Source: Candidatus Nealsonbacteria bacterium (GTDB taxonomy: Bacteria; Patescibacteriota; Minisyncoccia; Minisyncoccales; PWPS01). Taken from it: DNA of 64,000 nucleotides. The translations under genes were made by a program, and so were the position numbers. The notes beneath the pieces are model-generated. The model saw nothing but the letters and a program-made list of their open reading frames with translations. It did no database searches and was not told where the DNA came from. Location of the stretch: the NCBI GenBank assembly GCA_003551425.1, contig PUMP01000059.1:1-64000 (forward strand). Reading direction: 5' to 3'. Shown one piece after another: positions 45,497 to 55,508 of this stretch (position 1 is the first letter of the stretch; each line of letters begins with the position of its first letter).

Positions 45497-45571
45497 GCTC
45501 AGACAGGCTAGAGCGCTTGCTTCGCATGCAAGAGGTCGCCGGTTCGATTCCGGCTGGGTCCACTTTCATTT
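45497..45571 (+). tRNA. tRNA-Ala (CGC)
   Basis: Acceptor gggccca/tgggtcc including the G3-U70 pair, anticodon stem cttgc/gcaag with loop ttCGCat, T-arm gccgg-ttcgatt-ccggc. Confidence 0.8.
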
Positions 45572-45668
45572 GACAAAGAGAAATATTTTGTTACAATACA
45601 AAGCAGTTGAGAAGTTTTGTATTGTCCGTTGAGAAGCGGACAATATTTGTTAATAAAAAGATTAATTC

Positions 45669-46793
45669 ATGGATATAAAATCATTTGCATCAGCGGTTTC
45701 TCAGATTACTACGGAGAAAGAGATTCCTGAAGAAAAGATGATAGAGATTGTCGAGCAAGCAGTAGCAACCGCTTACAAAAAAGAATACAGAGAGAAAGGT
45801 GAAGTAGTAAAAGCAAAAGTTGACCCTAAAACGGGAGAGGCGAACTTTTGGCTAGTAAAGACAGTTGTCGACGAAACAACAGCTAATTTTGACGAAGAAG
45901 AAGAGAAAGAAGAGGAAGAGGACGAAAAAGTGCAGTATAACCCCAAAAGACACATTACACTGGAAGATGCAAAAAAGATAAAGCCCGACGCTGTTTTAGG
46001 AGAGGAAATTGAGACCTTACTGGAGAAAAAAGAAGATTTTGGAAGAATCGCCGCTCAAACCGCAAAACAGGTTATTCTACAGAAAATAAAAGAGACGGAA
46101 AGAGAGCTTATCTTTAACGAATATAAAGACAAAGAAGGAGAGGTTATTTCCGGTATAGTACAAAGAATGGAGGGAAGAAATGTTCTAATTGATATAGGAA
46201 AGGTTCTTGGGATATTGCATGGGGATGAACAAATCCCGGGAGAAAATTATCGTCCGGGACAGAGATACAAAGTTTATGTTTTAAGTGTGGAAGACAGTTC
46301 AAGGGGTCCGAGCGTAGTGCTTTCTCGTGCTTTCCCCAAGCTGCTAACCAAGCTTTTTGAACTGGAAGTTCCCGAGATTGCCGCAGGAACGGTGGAGATA
46401 AGAGCGGTGGCCAGAGAGCCAGGATCACGCGCTAAGATAGCCGTTTATTCTCAGGAAGAGGGAATTGATCCGGTAGGAACCGCTGTCGGTCAGCGCGGGA
46501 CTCGCGTGGGAGCCATCATTTCTGAGCTCAGTGGAGAAAAAATTGATATTATCGAGTACTTTGAGGACCCGGTAGAATTTGTTAAAAATGCACTTTCTCC
46601 AGCAAAGATTTCAGACGTAGAGATCAAAGAAAACAGAGCGATTGTAACCGTTCCGGAAGATCAACTTTCTTTGGCTATTGGTAAAGATGGCCAAAATGTC
46701 CGCCTTGCGGCAAAGCTTACCGGGTGGAGGATTGATGTAAAAGCTATTGGGAAAGATGAAATAGAAGAAACCGCGGAAGTAGAAAATAATTAA
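45669..46793 (+). CDS. nusA: Transcription termination/antitermination factor NusA
   Basis: N-terminal domain; S1 '[22 protein letters not shown]'; KH1/KH2 '[13 protein letters not shown]...[19 protein letters not shown]' and '[23 protein letters not shown]'. Confidence 0.9.
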   Translation: MDIKSFASAVSQITTEKEIPEEKMIEIVEQAVATAYKKEYREKGEVVKAKVDPKTGEANFWLVKTVVDETTANFDEEEEKEEEEDEKVQYNPKRHITLEDAKKIKPDAVLGEEIETLLEKKEDFGRIAAQTAKQVILQKIKETERELIFNEYKDKEGEVISGIVQRMEGRNVLIDIGKVLGILHGDEQIPGENYRPGQRYKVYVLSVEDSSRGPSVVLSRAFPKLLTKLFELEVPEIAAGTVEIRAVAREPGSRAKIAVYSQEEGIDPVGTAVGQRGTRVGAIISELSGEKIDIIEYFEDPVEFVKNALSPAKISDVEIKENRAIVTVPEDQLSLAIGKDGQNVRLAAKLTGWRIDVKAIGKDEIEETAEVENN

Positions 46794-46800
46794 AAAATAT

Positions 46801-47391
46801 ATGAATCTTATACCAACAGTAGTAGAAAAAACTCAATACGGCGAAAGAGCCTACGATATTTATTCCAGGCTGTTAAAGGAGCGTATTATCTTTTTAGGAT
46901 CACCTATTAACGATAACGTTACAAACTCCATTATTGCCCAGATACTCTTTTTGGCCAGCCAAAGCTCGCAGAAAGACATTCGCCTTTATATCAACACTCC
47001 CGGAGGATCGGTAACGGCAGGAATGGCGATATATGACACTATGCAGTATGTAAAATGTGATGTTTCCACCGTTTGTGTAGGAATGGCCGGATCAATGGGG
47101 GCAGTACTTCTTGCCGGTGGAGCGGAAGGAAAACGTTTTGCTCTTCCCAATTCCGAAATTCTTTTGCATCAAGTAATGGGAGGAGCCAGCGGAGCGGCAG
47201 CGGAGATTGAGATTACAGCCAAGCAAATCTTAAAGATTAGAGAGAAACTAAACAAGATATTGGCAAATCACACAAAGCAGCCTATTGCAAAGATTCGTAA
47301 AGACACGGACAGAGATTTTTATCTTACCCCCGAAGAGGCAAAAGATTACGGCGTAATTGATGCAATGATCACGGAGAAAAGAAAAGTGTAA
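46801..47391 (+). CDS. clpP: ATP-dependent Clp protease proteolytic subunit
   Basis: '[11 protein letters not shown]..', the catalytic-Ser region '[11 protein letters not shown]' and 'LLHQVMGG'. Confidence 0.9.
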   Translation: MNLIPTVVEKTQYGERAYDIYSRLLKERIIFLGSPINDNVTNSIIAQILFLASQSSQKDIRLYINTPGGSVTAGMAIYDTMQYVKCDVSTVCVGMAGSMGAVLLAGGAEGKRFALPNSEILLHQVMGGASGAAAEIEITAKQILKIREKLNKILANHTKQPIAKIRKDTDRDFYLTPEEAKDYGVIDAMITEKRKV

Positions 47392-47437
47392 TTGACTTGC
47401 ACGATAAGGCAGTGGTATTGTTATACGGATAGTTAGT

Positions 47438-47513
47438 CGGGGCATGGTGTAACGGCTAACATGCTCGCTTTGGGTGCGAGTGATTCTCGGTTCGAATCCG
47501 AGTGCCCCGACCA
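47438..47513 (+). tRNA. tRNA-Pro (TGG), with an encoded CCA
   Basis: Acceptor cggggca/tgccccg, anticodon stem ctcgc/gcgag with loop ttTGGgt, T-arm ctcgg-ttcgaat-ccgag, ending aCCA. Confidence 0.8.
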
Positions 47514-47524
47514 AAGAAAGAAGT

Positions 47525-47596
47525 GCGGGCGTTGTATAATGGCTATTACCCAACCCTTCCAAGGTTGTGATGGCGGTTCGAATCCGCTCGCCCGCT
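47525..47596 (+). tRNA. tRNA-Gly (TCC)
   Basis: Acceptor gcgggcg/cgcccgc, anticodon stem caacc/ggttg with loop ctTCCaa, T-arm ggcgg-ttcgaat-ccgct. Confidence 0.75.
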
Positions 47597-47600
47597 CAAA

Positions 47601-47630
47601 AAAACTCCGCTTATTTCAGCGGAGTTTTAA
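47601..47630. terminator. Bidirectional rho-independent terminator (aactccgc-ttatttca-gcggagtt flanked by A/T runs)
   Basis: A perfect 8-bp stem lies between the convergent tRNA-Gly (+) and rny (-). It is flanked by an A-run on one side and a T-run on the other. Confidence 0.6.
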
Positions 47631-47632
47631 TT

Positions 47633-49162
47633 TTATCTTGCGTAATCAACAATCCTTTTCTCTCTAATCACCGTTACTTTTATCTCTCCCGGGTATTTGA
47701 GGTTATCTTGTATTTTTTTCGCTATGCTGCGGGATATTTTTTTTGCTTCCAAGTCACTTATTTCTTCCGGCCTTACAAAAACCCTTATTTCCCTACCCGC
47801 TTGCACGGCATAGGATTTTTCTATGCCCTCAAAAGAATTCGCTACCTCTTCCAGCTCGCTTAGTCTTTTCAGGTAGTTTTCCAAGGTATCTTTTCTTGCT
47901 CCCGGCCTGCTTCCCGATATCGCGTCTGCCGTTTGTACAATTACGGCTTCTATACTTTCGTAAGGATATTCTTCGTGGTGAGATTTCATTGCGGTAATAA
48001 CATCTTCTTCTACTTCAAACTTTTTTAGAACTCTTATTCCGATATCGGCATGAGACCCTTCTATTTGATGGTCCAAGGCTTTTCCTATGTCGTGCAAAAG
48101 GCCCGCTTTTTTACAAACAGAAGTGTCCGCTCCGATTTCTGCGCCAAGTGCTTCAGCCAAGAAACTTACTTCTAAAGAGTGGGCCAGGATATTTTGCCCA
48201 TAACTGGAACGGAAGAAGAGCCTTCCCAGAAGATTTACCAGTTTCGGGTCAAGATCAATAATTCCCGTATCGTAAATTGCCTGCTCTCCCGCTTTCTTGA
48301 TTTGGTCAGAGACCTCTTCTTCTGCCTTTTCTACGGTTTCTTCTATTCTTGCCGGCTGAATTCTTCCGTCAAAGATAAGTTTCTCCAAGGCAATTTTAGC
48401 TATTTGCCTTCTTATGGGATCAAAACTGGAAATAATTACCGTTTCCGGAGTATCGTCTACTACTATTTCTGCACCGGTTAACTTTTCCAGTGTTTTGATA
48501 TTTCTTCCTTCTTTTCCAATAATTCTTCCTTTAATCTCATCGTCGGGAAGCCTGACATTGCTGGTTGTCAGGTCCTGTACTTGAGATGCGGAGTATTTTT
48601 GGACTACGGAAGCAAGTATTTCTTTCGCTCTTTGCAAATAACGATCTTTGCCCTCTTTTTCCAGTTTATCGATTCTACTTACTATATCTGTTTCGTAATC
48701 TCGCTCTAAGGCTTTGAAAAATTCTTCCTTAGCGTCTTCTTTGGAAAGTCCGGCGATACGTGAAAGCTCTTCTTCCGCTTGTTTTTGCATTTCATCTATT
48801 TGTGCTTTGAGTTCTTTTAAGCGGTGTACCTTTTGGTTTAGAAGAGCCTCTCTTTTCTCATGAGCAGATAGTTTATTGTCCAAAGTGTTTTCTCTTTTGA
48901 GCAAGAACTTTTCTCTCTTGAAAAGCTCTTCTGTCTTTTCTTCTGTTTCTTTTTTCGCCGTCTCTACTATTTCTGTCGCTTTCTTTCTCGCTTCTCCTAT
49001 TATTTTTTTACTTCTCTTCTTTGCGTAATCAATTCTCTGCTGAACTTTTGTCTCCAGCGTTTTGTGGTCTCTTTTGGCGATAGATTGCCTGGCATAGTAT
49101 CCTAAGACAGCGCCGACAACCAAAATTAACGTAGCTACCAAGAGTGTAGTTAAGTGTTCCAT
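47633..49162 (-). CDS. rny: Ribonuclease Y
   Basis: N-terminal TM, a coiled coil, KH 'GRIIGKEGRNIKTLEKLTGAEIVVDD' and HD 'GLLHDIGKA'. Confidence 0.9.
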   Translation of the reverse strand: MEHLTTLLVATLILVVGAVLGYYARQSIAKRDHKTLETKVQQRIDYAKKRSKKIIGEARKKATEIVETAKKETEEKTEELFKREKFLLKRENTLDNKLSAHEKREALLNQKVHRLKELKAQIDEMQKQAEEELSRIAGLSKEDAKEEFFKALERDYETDIVSRIDKLEKEGKDRYLQRAKEILASVVQKYSASQVQDLTTSNVRLPDDEIKGRIIGKEGRNIKTLEKLTGAEIVVDDTPETVIISSFDPIRRQIAKIALEKLIFDGRIQPARIEETVEKAEEEVSDQIKKAGEQAIYDTGIIDLDPKLVNLLGRLFFRSSYGQNILAHSLEVSFLAEALGAEIGADTSVCKKAGLLHDIGKALDHQIEGSHADIGIRVLKKFEVEEDVITAMKSHHEEYPYESIEAVIVQTADAISGSRPGARKDTLENYLKRLSELEEVANSFEGIEKSYAVQAGREIRVFVRPEEISDLEAKKISRSIAKKIQDNLKYPGEIKVTVIREKRIVDYAR

Positions 49163-49403
49163 ACAAATTTTTGACGACTTGATTCTTCAGTAATCTTTTA
49201 CCCGATTTAAGAGGCCAATAATACTATCTTGAGTGAGTATAGATGTTTCTTTGTTGGCATAAAAATGAAGTTATTTCGGGCACAAGTTTTAGATGAATTC
49301 CAAGTCCAAAGGTTATTATAATATCTTTATAATATCAGAAAAGATGCACTCTGTCAAAGCCCGCTTTGTATCCGGCGCTTTTGGTATGGTATAGTTAAAG
49401 TTA

Positions 49404-50297
49404 ATGAAAAATAAATTTTTATTGATTGATACGAACTCTATTATTCACAGAGCGTTTCATGCTCTTCCGCCTCTTACCACAAAAGAAGGAGACCCCGTTG
49501 GAGCAATATACGGATCGCTACTTGCGTTCTTCCGTGTTTTTTCCGAGTTCGAGCCGCAGTATGTGGCAGCCGTTTTTGATTCTCCGGGGAAAACCTTTCG
49601 TCACGAAAAGTACGAGAAATATAAAGAGCAGCGCCCCAAAGCCCCGACAGAGCTTATCTTCCAGATAAAAGAAATGAGAAATGTTTTCCGGGAGATGGGA
49701 GTTTCTGTTATGGAAAAAGAAGGATGGGAAGCGGATGATGTCATAGGAACCCTTTCTTCCTTTTCTTCAAAAGAGATGGAGACAGTTATTGTAAGCGGTG
49801 ACGGCGATGTCTTGCAACTTGCGCAAGAGAATATAAACATTCATAATTTAAAAAGAGGCGTTAAGGAGGGGGTTTTTTACGATAAAGAGAAAGTGAAGGA
49901 AAGATACGACGGAATCTCTCCGGAAAATATTCCGGATGTTAAAGCTCTTCAAGGAGATCCATCGGATAATATACCCGGAGTCGGAGGGATTGGAGAAAAA
50001 ACAGCCATAAAGCTTATTAAAGAGTTTGGGAACTTAGAAAACTTATATTCCTCTCTTTCTAATATTCATTCGGAGAAATTAAAAAAAACTCTTGAAAGTG
50101 AAAAAGAGATGGCGTTTTTGAGCAAAGACCTGGCTACGATAAAAAAAGACAGATCTTTCAAGTTTAATTTTTCCGATTTTTATTTTGATTATAAAAAGGA
50201 AAGAGTAGTTCCAATTTTTGAAAGGTTTGGCTTTAGCAGCCTTATAAAACGTCTTCCCGAAGACGAAAAGAAAGTTAATTTAGAGTTGGGCATATAA
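49404..50297 (+). CDS. Standalone 5'-3' exonuclease (FEN/Pol I N-terminal-domain-like)
   Basis: 'LLIDTNSIIHRAFHAL' plus acidic metal-binding clusters, and H3TH 'LQGDPSDNIPGVGGIGEKTAIKLIKEFG'. Confidence 0.85.
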   Translation: MKNKFLLIDTNSIIHRAFHALPPLTTKEGDPVGAIYGSLLAFFRVFSEFEPQYVAAVFDSPGKTFRHEKYEKYKEQRPKAPTELIFQIKEMRNVFREMGVSVMEKEGWEADDVIGTLSSFSSKEMETVIVSGDGDVLQLAQENINIHNLKRGVKEGVFYDKEKVKERYDGISPENIPDVKALQGDPSDNIPGVGGIGEKTAIKLIKEFGNLENLYSSLSNIHSEKLKKTLESEKEMAFLSKDLATIKKDRSFKFNFSDFYFDYKKERVVPIFERFGFSSLIKRLPEDEKKVNLELGI

Positions 50298-50336
50298 AAA
50301 TTGTATTTGAAGCTTTAAAATGTTACTCTTATTAAA

Positions 50337-52043
50337 ATGGCGGAAGAAGAAGGAAAAAAAGAAAAACTTGTTGAAGCAAAAGAGAAAGAACTCGAAGATC
50401 TTCGGCAGTACATAGAAGAGTTTGTTTCTTTTTTGCCTCTTTCTTTTTGTATGGTCAACTCTCTTGACTTTATTCTTGACGTAAATCAGAGCTTTGAGAA
50501 CCTTACCGGTTACGAAAAACTGGATGTTATCGGAAATGATATTGAGTTTTTGTTTAAAGATAAGGAAGACATTAAAGAATTTAAGAAAGAAGTGGCAAAA
50601 GAGGAAAGAGCGGTAGATAAAAGAACCTATCTTGTCACCAAAAAAGGGAAAAATGTTCCTGTGGAAATATCGGCTCTGGCAAGAAAGGATCGAAACGGCA
50701 ATTTTTCCGGATATTTTTTAACCTTTACCGATATTACAAAAACCAAAGAGTTCGAGGATGAGCTGGAAAGGAAGATAAAAGAAAGAACAGCCGAACTGGA
50801 AAAGGCAAAAGAAAAGCTTGAAAGATCGGAAGCGGTGCTGGAGATTAAAATCAATGCCCGCACCAGAGAACTTAAAGAGTTGAACGAAAATTTGGAAAAA
50901 AAAGTAGAAGAGAGAACTAAAGAGTTGCAAGAAAGAGCAAAAGAACTTGAAAAATCTCAAACAGCCCTTTTAAATATCTTAGAAGAAAATGAAGAATCTT
51001 TGAAAAAAGTAGAAAGGGAGAAAGAAAAAACTTTGGCCGTAATTAGTAACTTTACGGACGGCCTTTTTCTTTTTAACGAAAAAAAGGAGCTTATCCTTGT
51101 CAATTCTGAAGCAGAAAGAATGTTTGATATAAAAGCTAAAGATGTTAAGGGTAAAAGCACAGAAGAGCTTGGCTCTTTGCCCGCACTAAAGCTGTTGATC
51201 GGAATGATTGGCAAGGACATAAAAGATCTTTTTCGAAAAGAGATGCAGGTTCGGGAAGACTTTTTCTTGGAGATCACAACTATCCCTATTATGCATAAGA
51301 AAAGGAATCTTGGCACGCTTGTAAACGTTCATGATGTTACAAGAGAAAAACAAATGGAACAAATCAAAACGGAGTTTGTTTCTGTCGCAGCTCATCAGCT
51401 TAGAACACCTCTTTCCGGGATTAAATGGACATTAAAAACAATATTGGAAGAAATAGAGGAAGAAGTTTCGGAAGAACAAATTGAACTTCTTGAAAAAGCT
51501 TATGACGCTAATAATCGTATGGTGTCTCTGATAAACGACCTTTTAAATGTAACTCGTATTGAAGAAGGAAGATATATATATAATCCGCAAGAAGAGGATT
51601 TGGTAGAAATTGTAGAATCAATAATTGATGATTATAAGGAAAAAATTAAAAGCAAGGGATTAAACTTTCAAATAGAAAAACCGAAAGAAGAGCTTCCAAA
51701 AGTAAAAATTGACAGGGAGAAGATTGAAATGGTAGTACGTAATTTCTTGGATAACGGTATAAATTATACAAAAGAAGGAGGAGTTATTCTTTCTATAAGT
51801 AAAGAGAAAAAAGGAGTTAAATTATCCGTAAGTGATACGGGAGTAGGAATACCGGAAGAACAAAAGAAAAGAGTTTTTACTAAATTTTTTCGTGCCGCTA
51901 ACGTAATGCGTATGGAGACCGAAGGATCGGGAATAGGGCTTTTTATCTCCAAAAACATTATTGACGCACACGGTGGAGAAATTGGATTTACTTCCGAGTT
52001 CGGGAAAGGAAGTACCTTTTATTTTATTCTTCCGACAGCTTAG
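50337..52043 (+). CDS. Cytoplasmic PAS-domain sensor histidine kinase
   Basis: Coiled coils, PAS-like segments, H-box 'FVSVAAHQLRTPLSGI', and N/G boxes 'NFLDNGINYT...DTGVGIPEE...GSGIGLFISKNIIDAHGGEI'. Confidence 0.8.
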   Translation: MAEEEGKKEKLVEAKEKELEDLRQYIEEFVSFLPLSFCMVNSLDFILDVNQSFENLTGYEKLDVIGNDIEFLFKDKEDIKEFKKEVAKEERAVDKRTYLVTKKGKNVPVEISALARKDRNGNFSGYFLTFTDITKTKEFEDELERKIKERTAELEKAKEKLERSEAVLEIKINARTRELKELNENLEKKVEERTKELQERAKELEKSQTALLNILEENEESLKKVEREKEKTLAVISNFTDGLFLFNEKKELILVNSEAERMFDIKAKDVKGKSTEELGSLPALKLLIGMIGKDIKDLFRKEMQVREDFFLEITTIPIMHKKRNLGTLVNVHDVTREKQMEQIKTEFVSVAAHQLRTPLSGIKWTLKTILEEIEEEVSEEQIELLEKAYDANNRMVSLINDLLNVTRIEEGRYIYNPQEEDLVEIVESIIDDYKEKIKSKGLNFQIEKPKEELPKVKIDREKIEMVVRNFLDNGINYTKEGGVILSISKEKKGVKLSVSDTGVGIPEEQKKRVFTKFFRAANVMRMETEGSGIGLFISKNIIDAHGGEIGFTSEFGKGSTFYFILPTA

Positions 52044-52103
52044 AAATTTATTTGACAATATTTTAAATCATAATAGAATATAAAAAAGACTAATTAAGGC
52101 TTT

Positions 52104-52481
52104 ATGAAAAAGATTTTAGTGGTTGAAGATGAAGAGATTCTTCGTAGTTTATTACAAAAAAGATTAAGTGAAGAAGGCTATGAGGTAGATGTTGCACGAG
52201 ACGGATTGGAAGGAATGGAGAAGATAAGAGAAAAACGGCCTGACGTTATTCTTTTGGACATTATTATGCCGAATATGGATGGTTTTGAAATGATGGAAGA
52301 GATGAAGAAAGAAAGTATTTCCGATATTCCCATTATTGTGGTTTCTAATTCCGGTCAGCCGGTTGAAATTGACAGAGCACAAAAGCTCGGTGCAAGAGAT
52401 TGGCTGGTTAAAACAGAGTTTGATCCCCAGGAAGTAGTGGATAAAGTGGCGATTCAAGTCGGTGAGCATCAAAATAAATAA
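52104..52481 (+). CDS. Single-domain response regulator (CheY-like receiver)
   Basis: 'KILVVEDEE', phospho-acceptor 'ILLDIIMPNMDG', 'IIVVSN' and 'KLGARDWLVK'. Confidence 0.8.
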   Translation: MKKILVVEDEEILRSLLQKRLSEEGYEVDVARDGLEGMEKIREKRPDVILLDIIMPNMDGFEMMEEMKKESISDIPIIVVSNSGQPVEIDRAQKLGARDWLVKTEFDPQEVVDKVAIQVGEHQNK

Positions 52482-52512
52482 TATTAGCAATTATAAAAAT
52501 AATAAAAGAAAT

Positions 52513-52875
52513 ATGACTAAAATATTAGTTGTTGAAGATGATAAATTTCTTCGGGAAATGATTACTCGTAAACTGGACAGAGAAAACTATGAAGTAATTC
52601 AAGCAGTGGACGGAGAAGAAGGAGAAGAAAAAATAAAAGAAGAACGTCCTGACTTGGTTCTTCTTGACCTTATTCTTCCCGGTATTGATGGATTTACCGT
52701 CTTGGAGAGAGCAAAGCAAGATCCGGAAGTAAAAGATATTCCTGTAATAATTCTTTCCAATCTAGGACAAAAGAGTGAAGTAGAGAGAGGGTTGAAGCTT
52801 GGCGCTATTGATTTCTTGATTAAGGCGCATTTTACTCCCGGAGAGATTATAAAAAAAATTAAAGAAACTCTTTAA
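52513..52875 (+). CDS. Single-domain response regulator (CheY-like receiver). The start was set at the ATG giving MTKILVVEDD.
   Basis: 'KILVVEDDKFLRE', 'VLLDLILPGIDG', 'VIILSN' and 'KLGAIDFLIK'. Confidence 0.8.
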   Translation: MTKILVVEDDKFLREMITRKLDRENYEVIQAVDGEEGEEKIKEERPDLVLLDLILPGIDGFTVLERAKQDPEVKDIPVIILSNLGQKSEVERGLKLGAIDFLIKAHFTPGEIIKKIKETL

Positions 52876-52892
52876 TCGATATGTAGCTTATT

Positions 52893-53717
52893 ATGCCGGA
52901 GCTTCCCGAGGTAGAAACAACAGTTTTGTCGCTTAAGTCAAAGGTCCTCAAAAGGACCTTTGTTCGTGTATGGGGAGATGATAATTTGAAGCAACTAAAA
53001 GGTAAATGTATCGAAAAAATAAAAAGAAGAGGAAAATATATTATTTTTGAGCTAAGCGAAGACAAGGCATTGCTTGTTCATCTGCGAATGACAGGACATT
53101 TTCTTCTTGGAGAATGGGAATACAAAAGAAGTGAATGGGAAAGCAAGGATAAAATCATGCAAGAGAAAAAGAATAGATTCTTGCGCTTTATCTTTTTTCT
53201 TGACGACGGCAAGCAGCTTGCGCTTTCCGATCCGCGTAAATTCGCAAAGCTTTCTTTGCTTGGCAAAAAAGAAATAGAAAAGCACTTGGAAAGCTTGGGG
53301 CCGGAGTTATTATCAATTAAAGAAAATGATTTTTTACGTATTTTGGAGAAAAAAAGAGGAAGAATAAAGCCGGTTCTCATGGACCAGAATTTTCTTGCCG
53401 GTCTCGGCAATATTTATGCTGCCGAGATTCTTTTTAAGGCAAAAATTGCTCCATGGAGAGATGTCACTTTTTTAACAGAAGCGGACAAAAAAAGAATCTA
53501 TTGTTTTATGCAGAAAATAATAAAAAAAGCATTAGAGCTTAAAGGAGACAGCACAAGCGACTATCGACTTATTACCGGAGAAAGAGGAGGGTATCAAAAT
53601 GAGCACTTGGTGTATAATAGAAAGGATTTGCCGTGCTTTATTTGCAAAGATAAAATAAAAAGAATTGAAGTAGGGGGAAGAGGAACTTATTATTGTCCTA
53701 CTTGCCAAAAGTTATGA
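52893..53717 (+). CDS. mutM: Formamidopyrimidine-DNA glycosylase
   Basis: The catalytic N-terminus 'MPELPEVETT', H2TH, and a C-terminal zinc finger 'C..C.........RGTYYCPTCQK'. Confidence 0.85.
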   Translation: MPELPEVETTVLSLKSKVLKRTFVRVWGDDNLKQLKGKCIEKIKRRGKYIIFELSEDKALLVHLRMTGHFLLGEWEYKRSEWESKDKIMQEKKNRFLRFIFFLDDGKQLALSDPRKFAKLSLLGKKEIEKHLESLGPELLSIKENDFLRILEKKRGRIKPVLMDQNFLAGLGNIYAAEILFKAKIAPWRDVTFLTEADKKRIYCFMQKIIKKALELKGDSTSDYRLITGERGGYQNEHLVYNRKDLPCFICKDKIKRIEVGGRGTYYCPTCQKL

Positions 53718-54646
53718 TTATTATTCTTCACGGAAAAGACACTTACCGCTCTAAAGAAAAGTTGGAGGAGATTATTCAGGGGTATAAAAAAAATCACGGG
53801 AGTGGATTAAATCTCAAGCTTTTAAGCGAGAAAAGCTCACTTGAAGATGTCTGTAGCGAAGAAAGACAGGTCTCCATGTTCCAGGAAAAGCGACTCCTTG
53901 TCATAAAGAACGCGTTTTCTTCCTCTTCTTTGAAAAAAGATATTATAAAAAGTCCGGAGAAAATTACATTATCGGAAAATATTATTATTTTTTATGAAGA
54001 AAATGAGATTAAAGAGAATGATGATCTTTTTTTACTTTTAACAAAAGAGAAGGAAACCAAGCATCAGAAATTTATGCCCTTTTCTAAAGGAAATCTTTCT
54101 TCATGGATTGAGAGAGAGTTTAATAAAAGAGGAACAAGGACTGAAAAAGATGTTATTTATTACTTGATGCGTTTTGGAGGAGAAGATTTGTATAGAATAA
54201 AAAATGAGATAGAAAAACTTTCTCTTTATTCTAGTGCCGTAGAAATGAACGACGCAAAGCTTCTCGTCAAGCCCGAAATAGAGCCTAATATTTTTAAAAT
54301 GATAGATGCTCTCGCTTTCGGAGAGAAAGAAGAGGCTGTTATATTTTTATATGATCACCTGGAGAAAGGAGACAACCCCTTATATCTTTTTTCCATGATT
54401 GGATATCAGTTTCGAAACTTACTCATTGTAAAAAGTCTTATAGAGAAGGGAATTTCTTACAAAGAGGCAAAAAAGAGAGCCAAGCTTCGTGATTTTGTTT
54501 TTGCTAAAAGTTATAAACAAGCGGAGAGATTCTCTTATGACGAATTAAAAAAGAAGTATGACTGGCTTTTTGAGATAGATTTGAAAGTAAAAACGGGACA
54601 AATTGATCCCGTTCCTGCTCTTTATCTTTTTATTTTCCACTCTTAA
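53693..54646 (+). CDS. holA: DNA polymerase III delta subunit
   Basis: A delta-like N-terminus with ~320 aa length. It lies immediately upstream of (convergent with) rpsT, a common holA-rpsT arrangement. Confidence 0.65.
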   Translation: MSYLPKVMIIILHGKDTYRSKEKLEEIIQGYKKNHGSGLNLKLLSEKSSLEDVCSEERQVSMFQEKRLLVIKNAFSSSSLKKDIIKSPEKITLSENIIIFYEENEIKENDDLFLLLTKEKETKHQKFMPFSKGNLSSWIEREFNKRGTRTEKDVIYYLMRFGGEDLYRIKNEIEKLSLYSSAVEMNDAKLLVKPEIEPNIFKMIDALAFGEKEEAVIFLYDHLEKGDNPLYLFSMIGYQFRNLLIVKSLIEKGISYKEAKKRAKLRDFVFAKSYKQAERFSYDELKKKYDWLFEIDLKVKTGQIDPVPALYLFIFHS

Positions 54647-54897
54647 GAGAGTGCCTTGGTTAGGCGTGACTTTTTTCTGGAAGCGGTGTTCTTCTTTATT
54701 ATTCCGGCTTTTGCAGCTTTATCTATTTTTTTATAAGCTTCCGGAAGGAGTTTTTTTGCGTCGCTTTTCTTTTTATCTTTGAGAAGTTCTCTGATTTGCT
54801 TTACTATCAGCTTCATTTGTCTTTTGTATCTCAAGTTAAGCGATCTCCTTTTTTCGCTTTGCTTTAATCTTTTTTTTGCTGATTTAATTATTGGCAT
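54643..54897 (-). CDS. rpsT: 30S ribosomal protein S20
   Basis: 'MPIIKSAKKRLKQSEKRR..N' and the basic helical bS20 pattern. Confidence 0.9.
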   Translation of the reverse strand: MPIIKSAKKRLKQSEKRRSLNLRYKRQMKLIVKQIRELLKDKKKSDAKKLLPEAYKKIDKAAKAGIIKKNTASRKKSRLTKALS

Positions 54898-54974
54898 CGT
54901 CTTTCATATATCATTTTTTCTTGTTTTAGTCAAATTTCTTTATTAATTTCCGTTATTTTTATATAATATAAACT

Positions 54975-55508
54975 ATGATTTATTACTTAAAAGGAGAAAT
55001 AGTTATAACCGAAAAAGATTTTGTTGTTGTCGATGTAAACGGAGTTGGCTACAAGGTGTTTGTTGCTTCCAGTGCTGTGCTTTCCAAGAAAGTTATTCTT
55101 TACTGTTATATGCAAGTAACGGATAAAGGGTTTCGTCTTTACGGCTTTGAGAATAAAGAAAACTTGGATTTTTTCGAGAAGCTGATGAACATATCGGGAA
55201 TCGGACCCAAGACAGCCCTTCGGATCGCTTCTATAGCGCCAATGGAAGAGATGAAGGAGGCCATAAAGAGAGAAGATGAAGAAATAATGAAAGAGATCTT
55301 CAGTATCGGAGAGAAAAAGGGACAGCAGATAGTTTTTGAACTATCACGTAAATTTATAAAAGAACCGGAAAAAGACGAAGTATTTGAAACATTACAAGAG
55401 CTTGGATTTTCACAAGCAAGAATAAAAGAAGTATTAAAAAAGGTTTCTTGTGATAACAGTAAAGAAGAAAGAGTTAAGGAAGCCTTAAAAATACTGGGAA
55501 ATGCTTAA
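54975..55508 (+). CDS. ruvA: Holliday junction DNA helicase RuvA
   Basis: OB-fold N-terminus 'MIYYLKGEIV.....VVVDVNGVGYKVFV'. HhH 'ISGIGPKTALRIAS' is present. Confidence 0.85.
   Translation: MIYYLKGEIVITEKDFVVVDVNGVGYKVFVASSAVLSKKVILYCYMQVTDKGFRLYGFENKENLDFFEKLMNISGIGPKTALRIASIAPMEEMKEAIKREDEEIMKEIFSIGEKKGQQIVFELSRKFIKEPEKDEVFETLQELGFSQARIKEVLKKVSCDNSKEERVKEALKILGNA

Noticed and set aside
47248-47562. 104-aa minus-strand ORF
   Set aside because: It overlaps the clpP 3' end and the tRNA-Pro/tRNA-Gly genes in antisense.
52462-52512. 17-aa N-terminal extension of the second response regulator (MSIKINNISNYKNNKRN)
   Set aside because: Receiver domains start at the conserved K-I-L-V-V-E-D. The extension is asparagine/lysine-rich AT-driven sequence without an RBS.
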